Shown here: piece after piece, positions 12,625 to 26,761 of the stretch
How the letters are laid out: every line of letters begins with the position of its first letter
Numbering within the stretch: position 1 is the stretch's first letter
Assembly (NCBI GenBank): GCA_951406725.2
Contig: OX597832.1
Location: forward strand, 63,426,001 to 63,490,000
Source: Octopus vulgaris
Taxonomy: Eukaryota
DNA length: 64,000 bases
Reading direction: 5' to 3'
The notes under the pieces: generated by a model
The model's database searches: none
What the model was told of the DNA's origin: nothing
The model's input: only the letters and a program-made list of their open reading frames with translations
Made by a program: the position numbers and the translations under genes

Positions 12625-13769
12625 CTAATCAAAATTATTCAAGCCATAACCATCTCATCTCTTTAAGAAACAAGTGATGGTGATGAAGACTATCCATACT
12701 ATATCATACTTAATAATACACTCATCCTTATCAATTTTTTAAGGCTATAGGGTATGATTGGATGGAAATTTGATTGTTATTTCTAGAAGGTCAAGCAAAA
12801 ATATAGAGATTTCTTTGTTGGCTTGTGGTTAGTTAGTTTGCCATGAAGAGAGAATAATGTCTAATGCTTTTGATAAGAGCCCTTCATCAGAGAATAAGAC
12901 ACGCTCTCCCCAAAATGTAAGATATTTCTTGATACCTTGCTAAGCTAACACATTTCCAAATAATAGAAGGACAAGATGTCAGCTGTAACAGAAAGGTAAC
13001 TGAGGACTAGTGAGACAGAAATTAAAGCCCAAGTCCACAGTGAGAATATGTCTGTGAGGACATGACTTGGGAGTAATGCATTTGTCTTACATAAAAGAGC
13101 AACCAGGCTTGTGCCATTTATACCAGATCCTGAACTACTGCCACTTAATCATCATTGTCACCATCATTATTTAACGGCTGCTTTCCATGCTGGCATGGGT
13201 TGGACGGTTTCACTGGAACTGGTAAGCTGGAGAGCTGTACCAGGTTCCAGTTTGATTTGGCATGGTTTCTGCAGCTGGATGCCCTTCCTAATGCCAACCA
13301 CTCCAAGAATGTAATGGATACTGTTACGTGCCACCAGCACAAGTGCCATTTACACAACACTAGAAGGGTGCCGTTTACATGACACTGGCAACGGCCACGA
13401 CTGACTATGATTTCACTTGATTCGACAAGTCTTCGCAACACAGCATCACCAAAGGTCTCAGTCACTTGTCATCACCTCCGTGAGGCCCAAACTATCCCTG
13501 ACTGCACATAATAAACCAAGAAAATAAAAGATGAGGTGCCGTTATTTTTAATATTTCTCACATCAGAAATAACTGCAGTGGAATTAATAATAGTGATTAT
13601 GACAAAACAAAAAAAGGGGGTTAGCATTTTTTAGATTCAAGCAGATGAGCAGGGAAAGAGTTCCATACAAGTTTATAAGTCTCCATCATAGGTGTTAGGT
13701 ATGGTCATCATGTCATAAATACCTTATTTTCTGGAATACAAGTGAAATGTTTTAGACTAAAATTTACAG

Positions 13770-14165
13770 CCAGGAGTGGCTGTGTGGTAAGTAGCTTGCT
13801 TACCAGCCACATGGTTCTGTGTTCATTCCCACTGCGTGGCACCTTGGGCAAGTGTCTTCTACTATAGCCTTGGGCCGACCAAAGCCTTGTGAGTGGATTT
13901 GGTAGATGGAAACTGAAAGAAGCCTGTCATATATATGTATATATATATGTATATGTGTGTGTATGTTTGTGTGTCTGTGTTTGTCCCCACAACATCACTA
14001 GACAACCAATGCTGGTGTGTTTACGTCCCCATAACTTAGCAGTTCGGCAAAAGAGACCGAAAGAATAAGTACTAGGCTTCCAAAGAATAAGTCCTGGGGT
14101 TGATTTGCTCAACTAAAGGCGGTCCACCAGCATGGCCGCAGTCAAATGACTGAAACAAGTAAAAG
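13770..14165 (+). mobile_element. tRNA-derived SINE family A
   Basis: Full-length copy with A and B boxes and tail. Confidence 0.88.
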
Positions 14166-14626
14166 AGAGGGAGCCAAAACATGTAGGTCAACTTATACAG
14201 CAAGATGACTTTAGAAGACCAAAAATTCCATGTGAAATGCAGCAAGAGTTGGAAAGATAATGATGTTTGAATGTTTACACTATACACAACATAAATTTGT
14301 ATGTTGGAAAATACATTACACAAGACCTAGTGTGCAGACTCACTGCCATTTTGTTTTTTGTTAATCCTTGGGTTAGCTAAGTTTTGTTGTAAATACTATA
14401 CAGTTAGAACTATGTCATCCAATGTATTCTTCCTCTTTTAAGATGGTAGGGTGGGATTTGAGGGAGATTTGTCTACTATTTCTAGCAGATAGGTGTGACA
14501 ACACAGAGGCTTCTTTGCTGCTTTGTGCAGTTTATGGTAAACAGAAATGGTTTGCCCTTATATTTGTAAAGACAGAAGCAAACATACAGGATGGAGAGAG
14601 ACAGACAGAAGAGAGAGATACAATAC

Positions 14627-14750
14627 CTGCTGCCACCTTGGGCTGATTAGCAACATACCCAACAGTTCTTCCATTCATCCTTGCAAATCCCACAACAATG
14701 TTTTTGGCATAATTTGGCATAATCTCAAAGAAATCCTGTTCATCAACAAT
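14627..14750 (-). CDS. PCCB: PCCB coding exon ([42 protein letters not shown]), 124 nt
   Basis: ccag acceptor and gtattg donor; ORF 14532..14720(-) carries the hallmark [21 protein letters not shown]. Confidence 0.97.
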
Positions 14751-14822
14751 CTGGCAAGTAAATCAAAACATAATTAACTCCACCTTTGCACATGTTGAAC
14801 TCATCATCCATCAGAAAATCAA

Positions 14823-14829
14823 TTACACA

Positions 14830-14871
<42 letters not shown>

Positions 14872-15230
14872 TGCATGCATGCATGCAGTGCATGGTTCGT
14901 GTATGTGCACAGGTGTGAATGCAGGTGTGTATGGACATGCATTTGTGTGCACACACATGTGCATTTGTTTGCATGAGAGTGTATGTATGCAAGTGTGTTT
15001 GTATGCAAGAATGTGTTTGCATGCATGTGTGATATTGTGTGTGTGTGTGTTGTCTCCATGTGTGTGTTTGCATACATGTGTGCATGCATGCAGTATGTGT
15101 TATGTGCATGTGCACAGGCATGCATGCAAGTGTGCACATACATGTGCATGCTAGCATGAGAGTGTATGCATGCATATTTGGATGCAAGCATGTGCAAGTG
15201 TTTGCTTGCATGTGTGCGATTGTGTGTGCA
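14823..15230. repeat. Degenerate alternating purine-pyrimidine (TG/TGCA/TGTA)n tract
   Basis: About 400 bp of gtgt, atgc and gtat repeats; source of spurious Cys/Val and His/Thr ORFs. Confidence 0.9.
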
Positions 15231-15428
15231 TGATAAAAAGAGAGAAATCAAAGGAAGTGATTAGTGTTGGAGAATGTGCAAAAGTTATGGTTAATGAAAG
15301 AGAGAGAGAGAAAAAAGGAGAGAAGAGAGAGAGAAAGGTCAGAAGTCGATAGGAATACATAAGAAGAGGAAAACGTGGGAGAAAGAATGATTTTCTCTCT
15401 TTTTATTGTTACTTGGAATTGAACAATT

Positions 15429-15735
15429 GGGTGGAGTGAAAATGAAAAAAAATTGTGGAAACTGAAAATGCGTGAGGGCTAAAATGTTGCTATATTTAAT
15501 TACTAGAAAAATACTAAATTTTTATTGATCAATCAAGGGCATTTACTACCTCAAGCCCCCTAGACTCGGAAAATGGGGGACTGCAGCAAATTTTTTAGAA
15601 TAGCGGAGTTTGAGGGAGCAAATGCCTTTGACTGGTTTAAGTGAAAATTGAGCATTTTTTTAGTAATAATATATAGCAAGATTCTAGACCTCAGGCGTTT
15701 TCAATTTCCACATTTTTTTTTATTTTCACTCCACC
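15429..15735. mobile_element. MITE with ~50-bp TIRs (possibly Kolobok-like)
   Basis: ggtggagtgaaaatgaaaaaaaattgtggaaactgaaaatgc pairs with gcgttttcaatttccacatttttttttattttcactccacc; a third partial TIR lies at 15781. Confidence 0.6.
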
Positions 15736-16001
15736 TTAGATTACACAGTCTATATACCCACACACACATTTAGGGTGTTAGGGTGGAGAGAAAATAAAAA
15801 AAATTTCTGCCAGGTACATCAAGTTAATCAAATACTTATCATGCAAGAGTCTCCTTCTGGTTTATAACAGTATTCTGTCTGTCTGGGTCTTTCTGCCTGC
15901 CTACCTGCCTGCCTGTGTCTGTCTGTCTGTCTTTTTCCCTGTCTGCTTGTGTCTGTCTGACTGTTTGTCTGTCTCTCTCTCCCTCTCTCTGTCTCACTCT
16001 G

Positions 16002-16048
<47 letters not shown>

Positions 16049-16183
16049 CTGTCTGTCTCTGTCTGCCTGCATGCCTGCATGCATGCATGTTTTTCTACAT
16101 ATTTCAGTCATTGGACTGTGGCCATACTGGAGCACTGCCGTTAAGTCAAAATAATATATCGTCATCATTTAACATCCATGTTT

Positions 16184-16219
<36 letters not shown>

Positions 16220-17010
16220 TGCGTGTGAGGGTGCATGGTTGAGTGGTTAAGGTATTTAGCTCCTTGTCATAAGGTTCTGAGTTCAATTCCCGGGGGAAAA
16301 TTGTTGTATCCTTGAGCAAAACTCATTATTTTACATTGCCCCACTTCACTCAGCTGGCAAAAATGAGTTGTACCTGTAATTCAAAAGGGGCCAGCATTGT
16401 CACATTCTGTGTCATGTTGAATCTCCCTGAGAACTACATTAACTGTATGCATGTCTGTGGAGTACTCAGCCACTTGCATGTAAATTTCATAAGCAGGCTG
16501 TTCTGCTGATCGGATCAACTGGAATGCTTGTCATCATAAGCAACAGAGTGCCAGTTCCGTTCATACACATATATATACACACACACACACACATACATGT
16601 ATGTATATGCACGCCCACACACTACACACAATTCCAATGAGAAGGCATACACGAAAGCAAAGTTTTAACATAAAGTAAACTCAAAAAACATGCCTCGTTT
16701 GATAATTAATTTAAATCAAAGCTCTTAAAACTTACAACAAACATGAACAACGCCCACATTAAAACAAATACCAAGTTTGGCATAGAAAAACATTCATATA
16801 AACACACATATATATATTTTTTTTAATGAGTAAGTGAAAGAAGAGCAAAATACTACGAACTATTGATATAGATCAGGTGGAGTCTGCTTATCTGGATGAA
16901 TTAAGTCTTAAGTAAACAATTGATGATTCAGATTGTGGGCATTAAATGTACGCTATGTTATCTTGATGGAGACGTGAATGAATACACAACTTATTTTGAC
17001 TTTTACTTAC

Positions 17011-17092
17011 TCCCAGAATGACATCCTTGATATCATAGGCTGCTGTAGACTCAAGTGGTACAACTGTATCGAGGCCTTTGACAAGTCGGTCT
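17011..17092 (-). CDS. PCCB: PCCB coding exon (DRLVKGLDTVVPLESTAAYDIKDVILG), 82 nt
   Basis: ctaacag acceptor and gtaag donor; phase 2 to phase 0, continuous with flanking exons; matches the PCCB DRLVxxLDTxVPLESTxAY segment. Confidence 0.95.
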
Positions 17093-17202
17093 CTGTTAGA
17101 AGTATAAAAAGATGAAAAATTTACCCTTTACTTACTGGTAAATGTAAGGATAAACAAGTTACGCAGGTCAATATACAAAGTGTATTAAATACATGAGAAT
17201 AA

Positions 17203-17605
17203 GCACAGGAGTGGCTGTGTGGTAAGTAGCTTGCTAACCAACCACATGGTTCTGGGTTCAGTTCCACTGCGTGGCATCTTGGGCAAGTGTCTTCTGCTAT
17301 AGCCCCGGGCCGACCAATGCCTTGTGAGTGGATTTGGTAGACGGAAACTGAAAGAAGCCTGTCGTATATATGTATATATATATAAGTGTGTGTGTATATG
17401 TTTGTGTGTCTGTGTTTGTCCTCCCAGCATTGCTTGACAACCGATGCTGGTGTGTTTACGTCCCCGTCACTTAGCGGTTCGGCAAAAGAGAATAAGTACT
17501 GGGCTTAGAAAGAATAAGTCCCGGGGTCGATTTGCTCGACTAAAGGCGGTGCTCCAGCATGGCCGCAGTCAAATGACTGAAACAAGTAAAAGAGAAAAGA
17601 GAAAG
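17203..17605 (+). mobile_element. tRNA-derived SINE family A (young, CpG-rich copy)
   Basis: Full-length copy. Further copies at about 5760(-), 18228(-), 22590(-), 35875(+), 40275(-), 43120(-), 47847(+), 51157(+) and 56050(-). Confidence 0.88.
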
Positions 17606-20152
17606 AGATATAAAAAAATGTCTGTATGTTTACATAGAAAAAGGTCTGACTTACACCGAATAGAAATGATATTAAGAATTAAAGGGGTTGAAGAAAAATA
17701 TTACAAATCCAACAGCTGTTTCTGGAGGCTCATTGGTCCAAAATAATATTTGTAGATGGATTCCATCGTCGGAAGAGACAAGCCTCCATCTTCAGGGAAG
17801 AGATAACTTGCTTATCCTTACATCTACTTCTCTATGTGCTCACGTTTAAACCTCTTGAGCACTACTAAGTGTATTCTATACACAGAGAATATTTGACACT
17901 CATCTATGAACCTTTACTTACCCTTTACTTACAATATTTATATTGAAATTTACTGCTTTCGTTTCAATTAATTTACATGTTTGGAACATCCTTATCATCA
18001 TTGTCGTTTAACATCTGCTTTCCATGCTGGCATGGGTTGGACGGTTTGATTGAGGACTGGCAAGCCAGAAGGCTACTCCAGGCTCCAACCTGATCTGGCA
18101 AGGTTTCTACAGCTGGATACCCTTCCTAACACCAACCACTCTGAGAGTGTAGTTTGCGTTTAGAGCATTTTAAAACATGAATTTGGAGTCACAGAACTTC
18201 GGGTTGTCTTAAGCAGGTTCTTTTATCTTTTATCTCAGTCACTGGACTGCAGCCATACTGGGGCACTATCTTAAAGGGTTTTAGTCAAGCAAATCAACTT
18301 CACTATTAGTTTTTTTTTTAAAGTCTGGTACTTATTCTATCAGTCATCTTTTGGCGAAGTGCTAAGATGCAGGGATGTAAACAAACCCACACCAGTTGTC
18401 AAACAAAGGCACACACACACACACACACACACACATACATAGAAAGGACTTCCACACAGTTTCAGTCTACCAAATCCACCCACAAGGCACTGATTGACTC
18501 AAGGCCATAGTAGAAGACCCTTTCCCCAGGTGCTATGCAGTGGGACTGAACCTAAAACCAAGTAGTTCCAGAGCATGCAACTTAACCACACAGCCAAGCT
18601 TGCACCTATAAAAAGATGAAAGTCACAGTTAATCTCAGCAGGATTTGAACTCCGAACTTAAAGAGATGGAATGAATGCCACTAAAAATTTTATCTGATGC
18701 ATTAACAATTCTGCCAGCTTGCCACTTTATGCTAGTTGCTATCAAAGTGGTTAAAAGCAAGCCAAAAAACAGAAAATACTCTTCAACCGGCAATAAAGGA
18801 ATTCTCATGCCAAGCAAAAATAAAATAGAAACAGGAACTGTAAGAAGCTATTATTGGAAATGTAATATTGTATGGCATTGAAACAGGAGTAGTAAATATA
18901 ATGGGTTAACAGAGTAGAATGTGTTAAGAATGGTCTGATCTATTGGATGTGTCATTAAGAAATTGAGTTCTCTCTTTGGTTCAAAGCAGTGACAAATTAA
19001 AAATATTTAATTCTCCCAGGTCACAAGGAACCCTAATAGATTACTGATTAAGTTCCTGTTTCCTAAAAATTAACTAAATGTGATATAAAATTTCTCAATG
19101 GTGAGAGTTCATGAACCCAAAATTATTTAGCTTAAATATGAAACAAAATGCTGGACTTGAACTCAAAATCTGGGTTCTCAAAAAAATTTATTTGGTTTTG
19201 TTTTTTTTGTTTTTTTCATTTGGCACTGTCGTCATATGTCTGAAAAATGGTAAATCATCATCATCCTCATCGTTGTTTAATGTCTGATTTCCATGCTGGC
19301 ATGGGTTGGAAAGTTTGAGGACTGGCTCCAATCTGATCTGGCAAAGTTTCTACAGCTGGATGTCCTTCCTAATGCCAACCACACCGAGAGTGTAGTGGGT
19401 GCTTTTACATGCCACCAGCATGAGGGCCAGTTAGGCGGCAATGGCAATGACCATGCTCAAAAGGTGTTTTTTACGTGCTACCTGCACGGGAGCCAGTCTG
19501 GCGATACTGGCAATGACCACGCTCAAATGTTGTTTTTCATGTGCCACCAGCACGTGCCGGTAAGGCGACACTGGCAACGATCACGCTCAAATAGTGAATT
19601 TCAAAAACAATAAACAAAAGATAGAAAGGAAAAATAGAGGTAAAAAAAAATGGACAATGATAAATATTTTCCATGTTAATTCAAATGACACTGGAAAAGT
19701 TTAACATATATGGGTGGGAGAAGAACAAATCCTCATCATCATATAACGTCTGTTTTCCATGCTGGTATGGGTTGGACGGTTTGAATGGGGACTGGCAAGC
19801 CAGGTGGCCTCACCAGGCTCAAATCTGATCTGGCAATGTTTCTACAGCTGGATGCCCTTCCTAACGCCAGAGTGTAGTGGGTGCTTTTTACGTGCCACCA
19901 GTACGGGAGCCAGTCAGGCGGCAATGGCATCGGTCATGTTCAGATGGTGCTTTTTACATGCTACCAGCACAGGAGCCAGTCAGGGCAGTGGACCACGTAA
20001 ATGTATCTGACAACCCAATGCATCAATACCTTATCCGCTTTCAGTTTATACATTCTTCTCATTTTTGATCCGTTGATGAAATATCATGAAACAACATTGC
20101 TTGGAAATCTAGATTGCCAAAAAAATAGACAAAAAGAAGCAGTCAAACTTAC

Positions 20153-20273
20153 GGAGAATCTTCACATTTGCGGATAGGAGAAGGTTTCAAGTTGCTGGGT
20201 GGCAAGAAGTTCATGAAATTTCTTAACTCTTTCAGGGCAACAACATCATTTTCAAATGCAAGATGGGCAACAC
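20153..20273 (-). CDS. PCCB: PCCB coding exon ([41 protein letters not shown]), 121 nt
   Basis: ttttcag acceptor and gtaag donor; contained in ORF 20149..20343(-); homologous to PCCB GVAHRAFENDV. Confidence 0.96.
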
Positions 20274-21959
20274 CTGAAAAACAAACAATTTTACTTTTTA
20301 CAATCTTGACAACATAATTATAAAAGCATATTTTTACAATCACTAAATTATAAATTATAAAAACATATTTTTATTATCACTAACGAAAAAAATAAAAACC
20401 TGAAGGAAAAAAAAAAAAGGAAATAATAAAAGCCGCCAACTATTTTAATGAAATGACCCAATTATGCATGTAGACTTAATCAGAAATGTAGTCGGAAGCT
20501 AAGTCGATGGATTTACTTGATAAGGAGGGAATGTAATGCAAGCATGTTTTTAAAAATATTTACAACTCCTACTAAACGTGTTGAGTGCTACTCTCATTTA
20601 TTCACTCATTGAACATCCACTTTTCCATGCTTGCGTGGGCTGGATAGAGTCTATTTGAGGCAAATTTTGTACAGCTGGATGCCCTTCCTGTCATCAACCC
20701 TCGCTTGTTTATAAACAAAGTAATATTTTCCAAAGACTCGACATGATTTTGCAAAATATTGGAAATGAATAACACTACCCGTGTGACCATGACATTCCTT
20801 CACAGCTATCATACAGTGTCAAGACAAGGAGACAGAGGCAATGACTAGTAACTGAGACCTTTGGCATTAGGCTGTGCTTGAGAAGACGCATCAAGTCAAG
20901 TGAAATCATTGTGACCAAGGCCGGGGGGCACGTAAAAAGCACCTTTCAAACATTGGGCCACATGGAGGCAAAGTAGCCAATGCTGGAGGCACATGAAAAG
21001 ATCCTTTCCAGTGTTAGGCCTCACAGAGGCAATAACAAATGACCAAAACCTTTGGCATTATGTTGTGCTTGAGAAGAAGACCCATCAAGCAAAGCAAAAT
21101 CACAGTCATGGCAAATACTAGCATCACACAAATGGCACCCATGGGAGTGGCATGTAAAAGCACCCATTATACTCTGAGTGGTTGGCATTAGGAAGGGCAT
21201 CTAGCTGTAGAAACCATACCAAATCAGACTGGAGTTGGGTGCCGCCTTCCAGCTTGCCAGCCCTGGTCAAACTGCCCAACCCATGCCAGCATGGACAAGA
21301 CTTTAAATGACGATGATAGTGTGTGTGTGTGTGTTTGTGTAAATTTGTATTGTGCACGTGTGAGTGAGTTTGTATTGTGTGTGCTTGTCATTCAATCTGT
21401 TAGAAATAGCAACCAAATCTCACTCAAATCCTACCCATAGTATCTTCGCAAATGGAAGGACATATAACAATGTAATCCTAAATACACTATATCTGGAAAA
21501 AAAGATGGGATAGTCACACTTGGAAAGAATTTGACAACAGTTCAGCTCAGTCAGGGTTGACATCAGGATAAATGGCAATAGCAAAGTGTGAATTTGGTAG
21601 CCTGTGTCCTGCTACTGGTGCCACATATATACATGTACACATATAATTAAACATAGATTATAGGGCAGGCATGGCTGTGTTGTTAAGAAGCTTGCTTTGC
21701 AACTGAGAGATTTTGAATTCAATCTCACTGCACAGCACCTTGGACAAGTGTTTTCTACTGTACTCCTGGGAATCAATGTCTTGCAAATGAATTTGGCACA
21801 CAGAAACTGTGCAGAAGCCTCTTCCACACACACACACACACATACATGCTCTCTTATACACACACGCGCGCACCTTCGTTTTGGGATCACCACTACTTTA
21901 TTATCTCCCTTTCTTCCTAGCTCTCCTGTGTGACCCCTCTGTCCAGCATTCGCCATGAT

Positions 21960-22120
21960 AGATCGCTAGCCACTACACATTATTTTCACTCCTTGTTTCT
22001 TTCTGTGGAACAGCATAGGCTCGAAACATTAAAGACTTCTTCACTTCCCAAGCATTAAACTAATACATCAGTTTGTTGTCTACACCACCTGTCTTTGTCT
22101 TTTGTTTTTTTCGTGAATTT
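21960..22120 (+). mobile_element. Penelope pLTR-like remnant with variant hammerhead-like motif (family 2)
   Basis: Homologous to 43305-43480; tcttt-CTGTGGA-a-cagc-atag-gctc-GAAAC-att-aaaga. Confidence 0.5.
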
Positions 22121-22131
22121 ACATATACGTA

Positions 22132-22296
22132 CACACTAGCTTGGCTAGGGGATGGTAGGAGTGGTCCATCCTGGGCAGCACTTTTAAAGGGGCGGCACTT
22201 TTGGGTCTACTAAACACAATATGTGGTTTTCTGTGGGGCCTGGGAGCGGCAAATGGAAGGGCTGCCCCAGATGACACACTCTCTAGCTACACTAGT
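22132..22296. mobile_element. Degenerate MITE (cagtggcgtagctag-type TIRs)
   Basis: Termini cactagcttggctagggg and ctctagctacactagt; GC-rich interior with ggcagcactttt/ggcggcactttt repeats. Confidence 0.45.
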
Positions 22297-22795
22297 TTAC
22301 ATACATGTGTGTTTGTGTGTGTGTGCTTGCATATGAATGTGTTTGCTACCCCCACCCCCATTAGTTGAGTGTTGGTTCATTTACATCCCCATAACTTAGC
22401 AGTTTCAACAAACAAGACCAACAGAATAAGTACCAGACTTAATAATTACTGGGGTTGATTTGTTTTCACTAAACCTTTCAAGGTAGTGCCCCAGTATGAC
22501 CGTAGTTCTATGAAAGAAACAAAGAAAAAGATATCCACATATGTATGCACATACAATGAACTTGGTGTGTATATATTCTTTTACACCTTCTTTTATTTGT
22601 TTCAGTCATTTGACTGCGGCCATGCTGGAGTACTGCCTTTAGTCGAACAAATCGACCCCAGGACTTATTCTTTGTAAGCCTATTCTATTGGCTTCTTTTG
22701 CTGAACCACTAAGTTACGGGGACATAAACACACCAGCATTGGTTGTCAAGCAGTGGTGTGTGTGTGTGTGGGGAGGGGGTAAAACAGACACACAC

Positions 22796-22836
<41 letters not shown>

Positions 22837-22998
22837 GACAGGCTTCTTTCTGTTTCCGTCTAATAAATCCACTCAGAAGGCTTTGGTCAGCTCAAGGCTA
22901 TAGCAGAAGACACTTGCCCAAGATGCCATGCAGTGGAACTGAACCCGGAACCATGTAGTTGGAAAGCAAGCTACTTACCACACAATCACTCCTGCACC

Positions 22999-23042
<44 letters not shown>

Positions 23043-26000
23043 TACAATTGTACATACAGGTTCTACAACATTAATTTCAAAGCAATTGGTATGAGACCCA
23101 AAATATATAGGTTAGGGATATAGTTGAAACTACTGCCTCGATTATACGCCCAGTATGTGTTTTATAAGTATATATTGATCCACAAGGGATGAAAGTCAAA
23201 GTCAACCCCAGTGAGACTTGCATTCACACTGCAGAAGAATGAAATAATATATTGTAAAGTATTTAATCTCCTGTTCTCCTATTACAGTCATCAGCCAACC
23301 TTATTTCCTTTGCTATATACTGAAAGCTAGTCACTAATGGAGTTTAGCACTTTTGTGTGAATTTAGACAATGCCAAATGTTTTTGTTTTTAGGCAGAGGC
23401 ATGGCTGTGTGGTAAGGTGTTTGCTTTTCAACCACATAGTTCCAAGTTCAGTCCCACTGTGGGGAACTTTGGGCAAGCATTTTCTGCTGTAGCCTGAGGC
23501 CAATCGAAGCCTTATGAGAGGATGTGGTGCATGGAGACTGAAAGAATTGTGTATAAAACATGCGTATGTGATTGTCTTTGTATCTCTTTGTCTTGAAAAC
23601 AGGTGAGGGTTAGTGACAGGAATGGCATCCAGCCATAAAAAATATGCTTTAAATAAACTCCATCAGATCCATGCAAGCATAGAAAAGTAAATGTTAAATG
23701 ATGATGAATGTAGGCAAACCAAAAAATATTGGATTCTTCTTGAACTCGAAGCTAACAGTGGTTGGCTACAGATATTTTCAAAGGCATTTCAATCATGAAC
23801 ATCCCATTTCTTTTTAAGCAAAATGAATTGATTCAATGTCTCCTCTTTTATTACAATGGAGTTATGATTTGAGAGAAACCTGGTTGCTATTTCTAGCAAG
23901 CCAAACAACCATGCAGACATTCCCTCACTGGCTTGTAAATCTAAATGGTGAACAGACAGCACCATTTGATATATTCCAGCTGCAATCAAAAATTAAACAT
24001 AGATGATAAGTTTGAGAAAAAAATAACCTATTGCGTGCATGTGTGTGTGTGTGTGTGTGAGTGTATCTAACAGCAATACCTGTGATGATAGAGGGTTCAA
24101 ACTATGCCTGCTTTTGCCTTTTCTTTAGAGTAAACTGGTGGTGAGGAGAGAATTGCAGGTATGAGCAACTGGTGGGGCTCCATAAAAGTGCCTTGAAGAG
24201 GAATTTTTCCATGTACCAGCCTATGATTTCTTGAGACAAACAGAGGCTCATATATAACTTCATATACCCACACATCCTATCCAATCATCTGTACCACCTA
24301 TATATATATATCCTGGTGAATTGAAGGTATCCCCCAACTCATCTAATTCACCATCCTCTCTACCTCTCCCCCTCTATCTCTCTCTCCTCCTCCTCTATCT
24401 CTCCCTCCTCCTCCTCAATCTCTACCTCTCCTCTTCTATCTCTCCCTCTCTCTCTCTATCTCTCTCCCTCTCTATACATATATCTCTCCATCTCTCCTCT
24501 ACTGCAAGACCTGTTTCTGTTTTATCAGACTCTAACCACTCATCACCCAGCACAAAGCCACCATCCTCAATACTACTGCCTCTCATTAAAGGGTTTTGTG
24601 TCTGGCAAGTTACTTGGTGACATCACTGGTGCTGGTGCCATCTAAAAAGCACCCAGTACACTCTGTAAAGTGGTTAGCACTAGGAAAGGTATCCTGCTGC
24701 AGAAACTATGCCAAAGCAGATAAAAGAGTTTGGCACAGTCTTCTAGCTTGTCAGCTCTTGTCAAACTATCCATCTCATGCCAAGATGGAAAAAAACAAAA
24801 AACAAATGTTAAATGACAGTGATACATGCATACATAGACACACACTTCATCAACCATCCATCTTCTGTGCCTGCTATTTCTGTGAAGGTTATGGAGAGCA
24901 GATTCCTCAGACACCTCCTTCATAAAGTCCTACCAAGAGCAACCATCAGACTTCCAGCTGGATTCCAAAGAGTGACCAACTGAGACTCTGGGTATTACCC
25001 AGCTATTCCATTCTTTGTCTATAGCTAGGTCTCCCACACCAGGTGGCTCAGCTCAAGGAATCCATCTTGCTAATTTTTTTTTTTTTCTATGACAGTTGAA
25101 TCACATGTCCTGTAGAACCAGTTCTGTAGCCACCCATCATTTTTACAACCCCTTGAGCTCTGCTGGAAACGATGGAATGAGGACTATTATGGTAGTATTC
25201 CACAAATGCATGGCTTACTTGCCATCAACTCCCACTTGTTTTTTCAGTAAGGTATTCTTTAATTCATCTGGTCTTTAAAGACAACAAAGCATGTGAGTGT
25301 TGGGACATTTTGTTTAGAAAAGGTTTAAACACTGTTAACATTTTCATTGAAAATGGTGTGGAAATGGATGCTCATACATTGTGTGTGTGTGTGTGCGCAC
25401 GCGTGTGCACACACATTTCTTCTCAAGAATCAAATATAGCGTATACATATAGGTATGGAATGGAAAACTAAAAATATTTTCTCAGAAAGTCAAAAAGTAA
25501 AGATTCGATTCCTTGAGAGAAAAAAAAAAGTAAATAATCACATGACAAAGCAAAGACAGAATAAATGAATAAATAAATTTATATATAGATAGAGACAGAC
25601 AGACAGAGCACAGCAGGAAAATATAGGAACAAAACAAAAAGAAGAATAGATGAAGGGGTGTGTGCGTGTACACACACACACACACACCACACACAAAATA
25701 AAAACTTCAGTGTCTGAAATAAGTAAATAAAACTGTCGGCACTGACATGAAGAGTATCAAGGATAATTACTGCAATTTATGAAGAACACAATAAATAAAT
25801 AAATAAATGAAAATGATACAGAATTTAACAAGAAAAAAAATAAATTCAGACATATTTCCTGATTCACAAATTCTCTAAGACCCCAAAATCTTTCTTCTCT
25901 CAGGGAAGAAAATATGTGCACCAGATCTGTATCTAAGTTGTTTAGACTTGCCTAAATTTTTGCCATTGATATTGGTTACAGATTAGAGATTAGGATAAGC

Positions 26001-26721
26001 ATGGTTTCAGAACTACCACAGAAATCTCTTAAACTCTAACTGCTTCCACACACACACACAAACAGGGATATCAAACAAATGGTTATCTGATAGCACATGG
26101 GAGAACTGCTACTGCCACTACTGTTGGATTTCAACTCTGTTATCTCAAAAAACAAGGTAAGCCCACTCTAACATATGGAGCTGATAATGACAAGTAGCTG
26201 AGAATAGATCAGAATTGTTGAGTAAGACTGTTGAAGAAAGATGTAAAGGAGAGAGAGTGATCTCTCTCTCCTTTACATCTTTCATTTGTTGTTGCCCCAG
26301 TCCTACCTCAAAAAACAAAACTAGTTAATGGAAAACTTATCGTTCATTCCTTTGAGGTGATTAAAATAAACGTTACTCAAGTACTGGGGGCGAATTCAAT
26401 GACTGACACCACTCCTGCAAAATTTCTGGCCTTGTGCTTAGGGTAAGTATAATAACGGATTGTGGTTTAGGAACAAGGCTTGAAATTCTGAGGGTAGCAG
26501 TATCAGTCAATTAAGAATGGGTCCAAATTTTGGCACAAGGTGAGCATTGTTAGGGGAAGGAGGTTAATTACATTAACCTTTTCATCCTTTCAAGGTCAAT
26601 AAAATAAAGTACCAAAGTTGACCATGGCAGGGTTTGAACTTAGAATGTAAAAAGCCAGAAGAAATGCTGCTAAACATTTTGTCTGACACACTAATGATTG
26701 TGCCAGATCACCACCTTATTA

Positions 26722-26760
<39 letters not shown>

Positions 26761-26761
26761 C

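Noticed and set aside
12860-12900. CTGATGA on the minus strand (also CTGAAGA near 17790)
   Set aside because: No properly spaced GAAA or stem III, so it cannot be folded as a hammerhead.
14743-15251. Long His/Thr- and Cys/Val-rich ORFs (also near 48.2, 50.2, 52.7 and 62.1 kb)
   Set aside because: They are translations of (CA/TG/TA)n microsatellites with no domain content or splice context.
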